Positions 52,986 through 64,000 of a DNA stretch of 64,000 nt are shown here, piece by piece; the first letter of the stretch is position 1; each line of letters begins with the position of its first letter. The stretch spans positions 78,244,001 to 78,308,000 of the forward strand of contig NC_042999.1 in assembly GCF_006345805.1 (NCBI RefSeq). Direction: 5' to 3'. Both the position numbers and the translations under genes were made by a program. The notes under the pieces were generated by a model. That model made no database searches and had not been told where the DNA came from. It worked only from the letters and a program-made list of their open reading frames with translations. Origin of the DNA: Octopus sinensis. Its lineage: Eukaryota.

Positions 52986-53476
52986 AATAATAATATCAGG
53001 GAGTATATATGACATTTTTAGTAAATCGCTCAAGTCGAAGCCTTCTTAATATAAGCAGAATCGATTGTTATTTAGAATATATACATATTTAACGGCAAAA
53101 ACTTTAGTGACAAGAACTTTCAGCGAGAGATGGAAATTGAAAATCGAATACAAAAATTACGACAAAAATCTATATGAAAAAAACAAACACAATCATTATC
53201 ATAATTGTAAGTCAGCTTTTATAAATATATATATATACAAAGATTATATATCTAAATGTGTATATATATATAGTGTGTGTGTGTGTGTGTGTATGTATAA
53301 TACGTTATATATATATATATATACATACATATATAATATGTATATTAAAAATTCTAGAAAGAGGACATCTTTTTTGCTTGTTTTTTTTTAATATCTTTTC
53401 ACTTCCACCAGCTGTTTCAAACGAAATTATCAAATAAACAATTTAACAGTGCACAAGATAGTCAAGAGCCACTCAC

Positions 53477-53539
53477 CTGCATTCCTAACCATGGATTCAT
53501 ATCATATGTAGTTCCATTGGAGATAATCCCGCTGGACAT
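53477..53539 (-). CDS. TAB1: TAB1 coding exon 1 (MSSGIISNGTTYDMNPWLGMQ)
   Basis: ATG at 53539, 63 bp open frame, strong CAG|GTGAGT donor. Phase 0 matches exon 2. Lies just downstream of a CCGGAAGT promoter motif. No sequence similarity to human exon 1, so the assignment rests on phase and position. Confidence 0.75.
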
Positions 53540-53585
53540 TTCTCCTTTAAAGACCCAAACTTATAAAAGCTTCACTCGAAAATAG

Positions 53586-53660
53586 TCACATCCGTTTCAT
53601 TTTCGCCGGAAGTAGTGCAAGTGTCAGTCGATTGAGTCTGCGCAGCCACAACAGCAGCCA
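53586..53660 (-). promoter_or_regulatory. Putative TAB1 core promoter with ETS/GABP-type CCGGAAGT (53606-53613)
   Basis: CCGGAAGT in a locally CpG-containing patch about 70 bp upstream of the TAB1 ATG; typical of housekeeping promoters. TSS not determinable from sequence. Confidence 0.5.
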
Positions 53661-54483
53661 TCATGTTCCTTTCTATTTATTATTAGTATTATTCTTATTA
53701 CGTTGACGTTTAACCCTAGGCTAGCCTTCATTCAGCAAATCTTTAATGGAAGTCGTTCCAGCTATGACTATCTCGTCTGTTTCTCAGGCATTGCGTACCT
53801 AGAATATCTTAGTCAATGTTTCCCCCCCTTTCCACGACAGAAGGATGACATTTAGGGAGATTTAACCTCTGGTTCTTACTGGTTGAGCGAACATAGCTCA
53901 TACTATTTATTATTGTGGGTTTCTTCTGAATAACCATCAATGGAGAAGTAAATTGAAATCAATTTTGATCAAAATTAATATCTTGCCTAGTTTTTTTTTC
54001 TTTTTCATAAGTGAAACGTTTCTATCTTTAGATGCTTTATCGTATATTGACAACTTTTAAAAAATATGAATTCATCATGTTACGTGAAAAACTAAAATAG
54101 CTGCATAAAAACCAGTGTGAGAGAACATCTACATGATCACTCGATCTGCTAGAAATAGCAACTGAATCCCACTTCACACTCTAAGTGAGGTTGTCTTTGA
54201 TATACCATAATAAAAAAAAACGGGATGATCGTGACTAGAACGCCTTTGTTCAAGTGTCTGCTCGGCCCAAACTGACCGGGTGGGGATAAACAAACTTCGA
54301 AGAATCCAGTTGTAGTCTAGTAAAAAAAAAATCGGTTGTTAAGTTATCAGTTTAAATAAGCGACGTTAAATATGCATCTTGTTGGCACTTTGCTCGCCTC
54401 AACACATGTCTCACTGCTAGGAATAGGGTTTTTTTAATTATATTATTGGTATATTTCTTAGATTAGTTTAATGTAGCCGAGTT

Positions 54484-54882
54484 GGATCTTTTCGGTTTGA
54501 ACGGCAGTTTTTAAAAATAATTTCCACGTAACTAAACACTTTTAAACTTCGTATACTGGTAGAATGTGTTTATAAAACATCTTTTTCTCTTGGCTTTATT
54601 GAGAAAATTCTATAGTTTGTAACATATTTGTTGTTTTTTTTCTGCAATTTCAACCAATCAATGACTTCTATTGAGGTGAAAACATTCTGTGCCGTATGAA
54701 TATGTCCCTCGTTTAAGAAACATTGGGTTTATTTACATTTCTGAAGAAAAAAGATACCATTCCTCCCACCCCTAACCCTAAAACAGATTGAAATGCAATA
54801 GATCGATACTAGGGTCATAATTATGAGTGACAATTTCATATGACATTGCTAGATAAAACAGCCGTTCAAACCGAAAAGATCC
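54484..54882. mobile_element. 399-bp MITE, 28-bp TIRs (GGATCTTTTCGGTTTGAACGGC..., 27/28), 8-bp TSD GCCGAGTT; Merlin-like
   Basis: TSD at 54476-54483 and 54883-54890 read directly; GG termini. Superfamily assignment is inferred. Confidence 0.9.
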
Positions 54883-56089
54883 GCCGAGTTGATTATTTCA
54901 ATTGGTATGAAATTAAATAAATGACAAAGGAACAGGAAATTGGAAACCAACTACATTTTATCAGAAGAAACACTTTGGGGTTTTTACTGCACTGTTTCTT
55001 CCCGTTAATCTGTAATTTCTTCAAAGATCTTGAAAGTTACATTTTCCAATCTTGATCAGGAATTCCCTAATATTTTGGTAGGACTCTTTGGAGAAAAGTA
55101 AAAGGTATCCACATAAGAAAATGTCAGGAAACGAGGGGTAAAGTCAAGCTGGAAAATTTGTTAAAATATGGGTTAAGAAAAAAACAAAGTAACTACTAAC
55201 TTCAGTATACGTCAGATTCTTTTATGGAATATGGATTGTGCTTGGCTGAATTGTGTAAAGAAGTCCTGTGTATTTGCAGATATGTTGTAATAATCACACC
55301 TTTCTTAAGGACATTATCAGCTGAGCGAAATGACTTCAGATAGAGAAACCGTACCATAGTGTCTCCACTCACTGGGATTTTATCTCACAGATGCCACAAA
55401 GTTACAAGTGTTAACCTTTCATCTTTAGTATCTTGTATTTGTAAAATTGTCTTTTATTGCTAATTGTACAAATTATCCTATCGATAGAATAAATTATTAT
55501 ATCACAAGGAAAAGAAAAGTAGTTGAACTTATTTTTACAGATGTTGGATAACTTCAAATGATGTTTTTAATTATTTAGTCTGAAAAGAGGTAATAAAGTC
55601 TAAAAGAAAAGGAGAGCATTGTACTTCTGTCCCAGCTCTGTCTTGGCTTTTCCTCTTTCCATAACAGATAAAACCCAACACATCTTTCTCCTCAATAAAT
55701 TTGGGATCTTATGCCCATGTGAGAAAAAATAGATGAGCTTCAGTAAAGAGACACTACATAGAATGAGGCTGATATAGTTAATCAGTATAAGCATTTGTAT
55801 GTCATTAGCAGGAGTGAACCATGTGTGTGTGGTGAGAGATAAGCACTTAACACATTGTTTGGGAAAGAAAAATTGGAGAAGTGCTTATTACAAGTTTTAA
55901 GGAATGAGACAGTAGGGATCTCGAGAGGAAGTCAAACAAGGGACAAATGGTTTTAGATGAAAGACAGTGTACAATAAATAAGTTTATAGGTTGTATAACC
56001 GATGTGGTAAATGCTGAAGAGGTAAATGTTTAGATTGGAAGAAGTTCTGAACAGTTCAACTTTACGATATATACATAATTTAATTTTTC

Positions 56090-56740
56090 CTTTTCTTCTC
56101 TCCATTTTGTTCATGAGATGCATGTTACCCTTCATGAAAATTAGTATGTCAAAGTTTTCATCAGACAAGATGATCTGTTGGCCCTCAAGATGTCCTTGCC
56201 CATAGAGAACAAACACCCCACTGAAGCACTGGAGGGGTTGCTGTGTTGAACTTGATGAACAAGTCCACCAACACTTACTCACCCAAGAAGGCAGCATCTG
56301 TCAGCAAGTCCTTGAAGTTGGTCTCCGACCGGGTTTTGACCAGATGCTGGGCCTTGTCTTTGAGTGACCTGTGGCTCTTGCTGCTCTCTTTTGGATGGGT
56401 AACATCACTGAAGAAGTCATCCTCCTTCTCTTTGTTGTTGCTGCTCACTTCATCAGACTGCTGCCTCATGGCCTCATCGACCTTACCCTCCATGTTTTTC
56501 CTCACCTTGGCGACCTTGATGTTGTCGTACTTATCCAACCAGATGAAGCGAAACTTGTGGGTGGAAGGCAGCAGCCAGCTGGTATTCCTCATCCTCCAGG
56601 AGGGTCCCAACGGAAGTCAACTCAAAAAGTTAAATATAACGCAAGTTAATTAGTCCGATAATGATTTCCAAAGTTATCTTAAAAGTAAAATCGTTAATGA
56701 AAATATCAACTTTGCTGATTAACGATTTAGTGCCCAGATT
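56090..56740 (-). mobile_element. hAT-superfamily transposon fragment (C-terminal dimerisation domain, frameshifted)
   Basis: Joined frames give FNTAT-PSSASVGCLFSMGKDILRANRS-LSDENFDILIFMKGN, the hAT dimer motif (PxSSAxxERxFS...R..LSD..F..L.FLK). Markedly more GC-rich than its flanks. Confidence 0.82.
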
Positions 56741-57902
56741 TGCCACCTCATCAGAACAGGATTCGAACTGAGAACGTAGAAAGTCAAAATTGCTTTATAG
56801 CCTACATTACTATCATTCCACGGTCTTCTTGATTTGTCAGGACTATTCCAACTGACATGTGACACAGAATCAATAATTTATAGCATGGGCATTACGCTTG
56901 TCGCTCACCATCCCAGTCTCTGGTCACAGATGAGATTTTATCTCTCTCTGATCTTTCTCCTGCTGCTAAAATGGTATTTTTTTATTGAAAGTGGCTAGTT
57001 TTCATTCAGGTGCTCGCTTCTCGACATCTTGTCAAGCATACTGTACTGACCACTTCGCTCTTGCACTATCACTTCCTCTCCAAAACGTCGACCTTCTGGA
57101 ATTACTCCCCGGTACACATTTTATTTAGCAATCATTAAGTTGCATCCTTTCAAAAGGAGCAACAATCACATCAGTTTCACTGGTCTCAAAGAGTTTGTGA
57201 ACAACATAGACACAACCCATTCTTCCAGATCAAAAGAAAACAAAAAAAACAACAACAAAAATAATGTTCTATTCTCGACATTACAATACTGATTATAAGA
57301 CATGCAATCCCCCTGATTTAGCGGTTCTTCGGCAAGACAATTCAATAGAATATGTACCAGGCTTTAAAAAGTTATGGGGTCGATTCATTCGACTAAACCC
57401 TTCAAGGTACTGCTTCAGCATGGTCGCAGTCTAATGAATGAAACATAAAAAAATCTAAAGACTTTTTTGTGACGTCAGTATTGTACAGTTAAATGTGTTT
57501 GGGGTTAAGCTGTCAGAATTCTTAGAGCGCCGGAAAAATGTCTTGCAGCATCTGTTCCGTCACTTTACCTTTTGAGTTTGGCCCTACGAGGTTAATTTTG
57601 CTTTTCATGATCGATAAAATAAAGTAGCAGCTGAGTTCTGGAGTCAATGGTATCGACAACCCCACCCCCAAATTGCTGGTTTTGTGACTAAATTTAAAAA
57701 AAACAACATTATTACAATTGCAGCGTGGAAGGTGTTTATAAGCCATTTAAAAACACCTCCCACTCTGCAATTGCTTTTGTTTCAGCACATGATCTCAGCT
57801 CAGGTCACTTGCTATGCAGGTACATATCCGTAAACATTATTACGTTTATTTAGTGTGATGAGAAAGCATTATTATTTAATGACAAACAATAACTGTTTAG
57901 AG

Positions 57903-58130
57903 CAGGGGTTCTCAGCCATTTTTTTTTATCTATGGACCCAATGATTACTATTTTATTCTGGTGGACACCTATAGCCATTCGATGGTTAAAAACTAGTTCT
58001 ATAGGAACTTCTTTCAAAATTCGTATTTTGTTTTTCACACATTAACTTATATAGGATGAACTGTGTAAACTGCTAAAGAAACCTAGCTGTTTCTTGCAAT
58101 GCATACATCGAAAGCAAGTATTGGAAAAAA
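57903..58130 (+). mobile_element. Terminal fragment of a Charlie-like hAT non-autonomous element (CAGGGGTTCTCA...)
   Basis: Charlie-type terminus; a homologous reverse copy at about 23815-23979. Right boundary approximate. Confidence 0.55.
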
Positions 58131-58581
58131 TGCCTCGAGAATTTATTCCATCGCAGTCAACTATGCCTTTCATCCATTGTAGAGCTGAGTATATACAATA
58201 AACAACCAGTAAATTACTGATGTTGATGATACTGGCTAACCTTATTTACACAAAACTGCTGACCTTGTATTTAAATCAGAAACAAATATTAATTAGCCAG
58301 AACAGCAGCACGTATGACTCGCTCTCAGATGGGTGAGACCGATGCGGTTGATGCAGTTCGAACTTTTCTGTAGATTCTGACTAGATGGTTTAGTAAAAAG
58401 TGGTCTAATATATTCAAATGGCTTCAGCTCCATTTAATTTCATTTAATAAAAGTCAATGTATGCTTAGAAAAACAGTACCCAAGAAATAGTTAGGTAACA
58501 TTCATAGAAAAATTCCACGGTAACGACATTGAATGAAATAAATAGAAGATCGAACGAAGGGAGATAACCTTGCTTAAAATG

Positions 58582-58637
58582 TTTCACTTCCTCTTCCTAC
58601 TACTCTTCCTCCTCCACACTGCCGCATAAAAGCGAAA
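58582..58637 (+). promoter_or_regulatory. Putative PSMD12 promoter/5' leader, pyrimidine-rich (CACTTCCTCTTCC)
   Basis: ACTTCC ETS core and CTCTTCC pyrimidine runs immediately upstream of the ATG. Confidence 0.4.
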
Positions 58638-58736
58638 ATGGCTTCTGATTCAAGCGATGGTCGTGTACAGAAAATGGAAGTGGATTACTCATCCACCGTC
58701 GATGAAAAAGTACCAAAATGTGAAAAAATGGCCAAG
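58638..58736 (+). CDS. PSMD12: PSMD12 (26S proteasome regulatory subunit Rpn5) coding exon 1
   Basis: MASDSSDGRVQKMEVDYSSTVDEKVPKCEKMAK; DGR..KMEVDYS.TVD is the Rpn5/PSMD12 N-terminus. AAG|GTAAAA donor, 99 bp, phase 0. Confidence 0.96.
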
Positions 58737-59516
58737 GTAAAAAAAGAAGAAAAATATAAAATCATTATTGTTGATGAAACTTTTATCTTATCGTTGTTTT
58801 TACTCCTCTGCAAACCCGTGAACGTTGTACGTTAAGAGTTATCTTCCGATTTTAATGTAATATAGCAAAATGCTTTGTCATACTTATGCTCCAAACAACG
58901 ATACATTCTTTCTATTCTATATTTATAGATGTATAAATGCTAGTGTAGACATGAATAATAAAATAAATAGATATAAAATCATGTGCCTTCCATGCAAAAA
59001 ATTTACTTGTTTTATCATCTAAAGATTCTTCCCTCGCCTTTTCTGTAAAGTATTCTAAAAATCATTAACCAGCGATAGACAGACTAGGTTGTAAAATTGC
59101 CGGTGAATTGAATATAATCTGATATTCGATTCCTGGTTGTGTAATTGTAATCACATCACATGGGTTATTAAAATGAATTATTGGTTCTTCTATAAATATG
59201 GGGTCTTGTAGTCACGTAAGACTAGTTTGCTGTTTAACTCCAGTTCAGAACCGACCGCTTACCATCCCATTTTGTATCTATGAAAGTGTATCTGTGGCTA
59301 TGTTATACAATGTAACGGTAGTCTTGTATAATCTGCGTCTCTGTTACAGGAATTAAAAAGAAGAAAGAAAAAAAAACCCTCTTTAATAGGTGCAAAGTAT
59401 CCGTCCCTCTTTTTTTTCACAGGAAGGGTGCAGTATGAAGTAGATTTTGCCAATATTGTAGCAAGTTGAGTAAACTACGAATAGACATGCATGTCTTTGT
59501 AAACATCAAAAAAGAA

Positions 59517-59787
59517 GGCATTCTTTCGATATAACTCGACAAAATCAAAACATTTCACTTTGGGTATTTCCGTGGTTTGTGGAGTATAGATATAACGAAA
59601 TTATGCCAGCAGTGTCTCATTGTAAACTTGAAGAAAAAATGCCTTTCATATTTATTCTTAACTCTTTCATGTGTATGTAAAATCTGCAAATTTCCAAGCA
59701 GAAAACAGAATCGAACTGTCATTTGCTTCCACGGAAATACCCGAAGTGAAATGTTTTGGTTTTGTCGAGTTATATCTAAAGAATGCC
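59517..59787. mobile_element. 271-bp MITE, 59-bp TIRs (56/59), 8-bp TSD AAAAAGAA; Merlin- or MULE-like; PSMD12 intron 1
   Basis: TIRs 59517-59575 and 59729-59787; TSD 59509-59516 and 59788-59795; GG termini. Confidence 0.88.
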
Positions 59788-60106
59788 AAAAAGAAAAAAT
59801 CTTGTTCGTGTTGTTTAGGTCCAAGCCAGTCCTAGTCGAGAAAGTCTGTAATCAAAAGCTTTCCAGTTGTGACCATCTGTCTATTTTTTAGACACTTTAT
59901 CTCAGACCACATAATCCAGTATATTTCCTTTCGTTTAAGGTGGTGATATTTGGTTGCTATATGTAGGAGATCGAACGACTATATAAAAGTCCCATTGTTG
60001 TAAATGTAATGATGAAATGAACATGTAAATATTTTTTGTTCTGCTATTTCCCTTTTGTACTAGTATTCTTAGTAAATTGTAATGTGACCTTTTACTATTT
60101 TTTCAG

Positions 60107-60166
60107 CAAGGAAATCTGACTGAGGCCATAGATATGTTATTGTCTTTAGAGAAACAAACTCGAACT
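60107..60166 (+). CDS. PSMD12: PSMD12 coding exon 2 (QGNLTEAIDMLLSLEKQTRT)
   Basis: ttttttcag| acceptor, ACT|GTAAGT donor, 60 bp, LLSLEKQTRT motif. Confidence 0.97.
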
Positions 60167-61395
60167 GTAAGTAATTCCGTTCCTAAAAATTCTTTTTAAC
60201 AAAATATAATACAACTTTTGTCTGTAGCAGTAGGTCCTCTCTCTCTCACTCACACACACACACACACACAGAGGTATTGCTGACCGGTTGAGAAATTTGC
60301 TTCATAATCACGTGGTTTTGAGTTTAGTTCCATTGTGTAGCATCGTGAGAAAATGTCTTCTGCTATAGCTCCAGGTTGACTAAAGCCTTCTGAGTTGATT
60401 TTGGAGGTGGAAAATGAAATAAGACCATCGTGTGTCTGTGTAACTTTATTTCTTTGTACTAGCTGTAAAGAAGCATTGTCATCTTACAAGTAGTGTCATT
60501 TGTTTGCAGTCTTCAATGAAAACATATCTAGCCATTGTGCTGTTCATGTTCAAAGTAATAGAGGAAATATTACCTTGCTTGGAAACAGTTTGGTGTTGGC
60601 ATCTAGCTGCAGAAAATCCACCTCAACAAATTTCAAGTGACTCCTACAAGTAAGCAAAAGTTGATGCTAAAACAGTAATGATGGTATGAATAAATATACA
60701 CATATGTGCATGCTTTATACAGATGTAAACACATCATCATAATTTAATGTCTGTTTTCCGTGCTAGCACAGGTTGGATGGTTCGACCGGGGTCGGGGAAG
60801 CCAGGAGGCTGCACCAGGCTTCAGTCTAATCTGCTAGTGTTTCTACAGTTGGATGCCCTTCCTAATGCCAACCACTCTGTGAGTGTAGTGGGTGATTTTT
60901 ACGTGCCAGGGGAGGCTGGCAGTGACCACGATCGGTTGGTGCTTTTAACTTGCTCGTCTTTATATGCAATGCTAGTCATATTATATAAAATTTCAAATTA
61001 CATGATGAGTGCTGTTCCATATGACTTTAGCAGGAATCTGAAGTACATTTTTTTCTTATAGCATTATAGGAAACTTTTGTGATTTTCATTTGGTGCTGTA
61101 TTCAATGAATTTGAAATGCTTCTTCAAATATGTCATTACAGCTACACATACCTTAGAGAGCAGGGAATATACATTTACGAAATTTGAAAATATATATATT
61201 AGTTGCCATATACTTTATATTAAGTTACTATGTATTGCATATTTTAGTAATTTACATGCAAACATTCATGCAAAGGTGTTTGAATGTAATTGTGATTGAC
61301 TATAAATATGTTTGTCTCTGTGTGCTTACATACGAGTGTCTGTGTTTCTCAAAGTAATCAAATCTAAATATTTATTTTATCTTTCATTCACCAAG

Positions 61396-61524
61396 GGTGC
61401 TGATACTCACTCAACCAGTAGGATTTTGGTAGCCATAGTGAAGCTTTGCTTTGATGCATCTAACTGGGGACTACTTAATGAACACATTGTGCTACTTACC
61501 AAGAAGCGTGGACAAATCAAACAG
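61396..61524 (+). CDS. PSMD12: PSMD12 coding exon 3 ([19 protein letters not shown]...[11 protein letters not shown])
   Basis: caccaag| acceptor, CAG|GTAAGC donor, 129 bp, conserved STSRILVA and KRxQxKQ motifs. Confidence 0.97.
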
Positions 61525-62221
61525 GTAAGCAGATAAAATCATTATGAAGAGGTTATAATGTCAGAAATGATAGAAGGCCAGAATAAATGCTTCACAGTAT
61601 TTGGTTTAATCTCTGTTTCAAGTTCAAATCCTGCTAAAATCATCTTTACTTTTTAACCTTCCTCCAGTCAAGGACTGGTGTTCAATTTAATTGAATAACA
61701 TCCCGCTTTATTTGTCGTCTTGTTAGAAATATTATTTTTGTTAAAAGTGATAACAAGGTGAAATAATGGAACACTGAACAAATAACTTGTAATATTTACT
61801 ATGAGTTCTAAGTTAATGAGCTAGCAGGATCATTAGCATACTGGACAAAATACTTAACATTTCATCCATCTTTGTGTTCTGAGTTCAAACTTCATTAAGG
61901 TTGCCTTTGTCTTTCATTCTCTCAGGGTTGATAAAATAAGAACCAGTAGATCACTGGGGTTGATGTAATCGACTAACCCTCTTCCCCTAAATAGCTAGCC
62001 TTGTGCCAAAATTTGAAACCAATATTTACTCTAAGTTCTGAGATTAAATCCTTTTGGGTCAATAAAATATATACCTTGTATGTAATGAAGTTGATTTAAT
62101 TTGTGTATTCCATTGCAAGAAACTATTAGTATTGTCTTTCAGTTTATTTATGTATCTGTTCAGTTTTACATATCTTAATGGACTGTTATAATCAATTTTG
62201 GGTTGTGGTTGAATTCTTACA

Positions 62222-62265
<44 letters not shown>

Positions 62266-63137
62266 ATATAGAGAAAGGGTGTTAGTGTGTCATTTAAAGA
62301 TGCTCATTTCTGAAAGTCTGTCATTTAAGTTTTTTTTTTTTCCTTCTATGGCAGAATATTCCTAAGGATATAAGTTCTTCTAAAAGAACTATTTTCTTCA
62401 ATTGGGTTGTTCTATTGTAGTTCTATTTTTCATACCCAGTGCCCTTATTAATGATCCTTATTATCATTCTTATTGTTGAATAGGGCAGTGGATTGACAGG
62501 ATCTTAAAAGTGATATTTAGTTACATCTCATAATCTGAGTTCAAATCTTGCCAAGATAAATTTTGCCTTTCGTCTTTTTAAGGTCAATAAAGTACCAGTC
62601 ATGTACTGGAGCTAATGGCATCGACCTAATCCTTGCCACCAAAAATTTCAGGTCTTGAATCTATATAAGAATCAATTCTTAGTGAGTATTAGATGAAATT
62701 CTTTGTGGTTTTCAGTTTGATCATTTTTACATTTAGTTCAAATCCCACTGAAGTCAACTTTGCATTTTATTCTCCTGGTGTTCATAAGTTCCAGTTAAAT
62801 ACTGAGTTGATTTAACTATGCCCACTTCCAAAATTTGTTGATTTAGCGCCTGTTATAACAATCATCATTTAATGTCCAGTTTTCCATACTGGCATGGGTT
62901 GGATGAGTTGGCAGGGGCTGCAAGCCAGAGAGCTGCACCAGGCTGTTTTGGCTTGGTTTTTATGGCTGGATGCCTTTCCTGACACTATTTTACAGTGTGT
63001 ACTGGGGGCTTTTTTTATATGGCACCATTGTTATTATTAATGAGTTGGTAGAAGCAGTGTTGGATCAGAAACTCTTACAAAATTGCCCTTTTTTGTGTAA
63101 ATTATAATAATAATTTTTCATATTTATTTGAAAACAG

Positions 63138-63245
63138 GCTGTAACAAAAATGATTCAAGAAGCTTGTACCTATGTTGAGAAAACTCCTAACCAAGAAGAG
63201 AAACTAAAGTTGATTGATACCCTTAGAACTGTAACTGCTGGTAAG
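63138..63245 (+). CDS. PSMD12: PSMD12 coding exon 4 ([15 protein letters not shown]...[12 protein letters not shown])
   Basis: aaaacag| acceptor, AAG|GTGAGT donor, 108 bp, LIDTLR.VT.GK motif. Confidence 0.97.
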
Positions 63246-63757
63246 GTGAGTAACTATTGTTTTTGTATTTCCACCTTCTACTTATTTTTCCACCTCACAA
63301 TCCCCACAGATCGTTTTGAAATAGTCAAAATAATTTCACAAAACTGGTTACTTTGAACTTTTGCTATGAACAGGTAAGTTGTTACGATGTGAATCTTTGA
63401 CCAGAAAGATTGACAGCTCATAATCCTATTCACTGTTAGTGAACTAACTGGATAAAAAATGTTCTTGTGGATCTGGCATGGTTTGTCAGCTCTTAGGGCT
63501 TGAATCTAAATTTATTGCAAGTGTTCCATTGTTGTTATTTATTCTCAGGTCAGCTTTAATTGAATACTTCTATGATCAAAGGCTTTTTTTTTCTCTTTGT
63601 GTATTTTGTGTGTCTATTTTGGACTACATTGTCTAGTGTTTTATACTTTTTAAGGGAGTAAGATGTAATTTAAAGAAGATTTGGCTGCTATTTCTAGCAG
63701 GTTGAGTGACCGAATTTATACCCTATTTTTATATAACTTTCACTTGTGTTACTTCAG

Positions 63758-63862
63758 ATTTATGTTGAGATTGAGAGAGCTCGCCTTACTCGTATCTTAG
63801 CCAAAATCAAAGAAGATGAAAACAACATAAGTGAGGCTGCCAACATATTACAAGAACTCCAG
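63758..63862 (+). CDS. PSMD12: PSMD12 coding exon 5 ([19 protein letters not shown]...AANILQELQ); gene continues beyond window
   Basis: acttcag| acceptor, CAG|GTAATG donor, 105 bp, IYVE.ERARLT and ILQELQ motifs. Confidence 0.97.
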
Positions 63863-64000
63863 GTAATGATAATTCCTTTCTTCTCTTTTATGTGTTTATT
63901 TTATCTTAGATATATTATTTGGTCTGCTCTCCACTGACAACCAAATAATAGTAGTATATAGAATTCAGTACTGATTAATTTTGAGTGTACCTAAATCATT

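Noticed and set aside
54770-54781. CCCTAACCCTAA telomere-like repeat
   Set aside because: Only two units, inside the MITE; not an interstitial telomere.
56275-56610. 111-aa ORF as a third host gene between TAB1 and PSMD12
   Set aside because: Continues by frameshifts into a hAT dimerisation motif; transposon relic.
63241-63245. Alternative GTAAG donor 5 nt upstream of the PSMD12 exon 4 donor
   Set aside because: Use would frameshift a conserved essential protein; the in-frame AAG|GTGAGT is stronger.

Overview
AT-rich, intron- and repeat-dense animal genomic DNA. The SINE families and the (ATG/CAT)n-tailed RTE-type LINE relics look like those of Octopus (coleoid cephalopod); this is inferred from recalled repeat families, not from a search. 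Two conserved genes are arranged head-to-head, with ATGs 5098 bp apart. A complete 7-exon TAB1 orthologue lies on the minus strand (53539->27899, 563 aa, all GT-AG introns, phases consistent). The first five coding exons of PSMD12/Rpn5 lie on the plus strand (58638->63862) and the gene runs off the window. The rest is transposon debris: a decayed Gypsy pol, a DD37D mariner-like element with TIRs, several RTE and CR1-like LINE pieces, a hAT fragment, tRNA-derived SINEs, MITEs and microsatellites. No prokaryotic system, CRISPR array or RNA gene is supported. The most unusual signals are: (i) fold-back/inverted-duplication scars at three scales, most in TAB1 intron 2 (a 99/99 bp plus 106/109 bp nested inverted duplication, a 93-bp near-perfect palindrome pivoting on a retroelement tail, and an 18-bp templated inversion); (ii) two distinct GG-terminated MITEs with perfect 8-bp TSDs, each about 0.9 kb from a start codon; (iii) TAB1 motif states (DGH retained; a p38-binding-like LSHIMP); (iv) a few orphan exon-like segments in the first 26 kb that do not assemble into a gene model.
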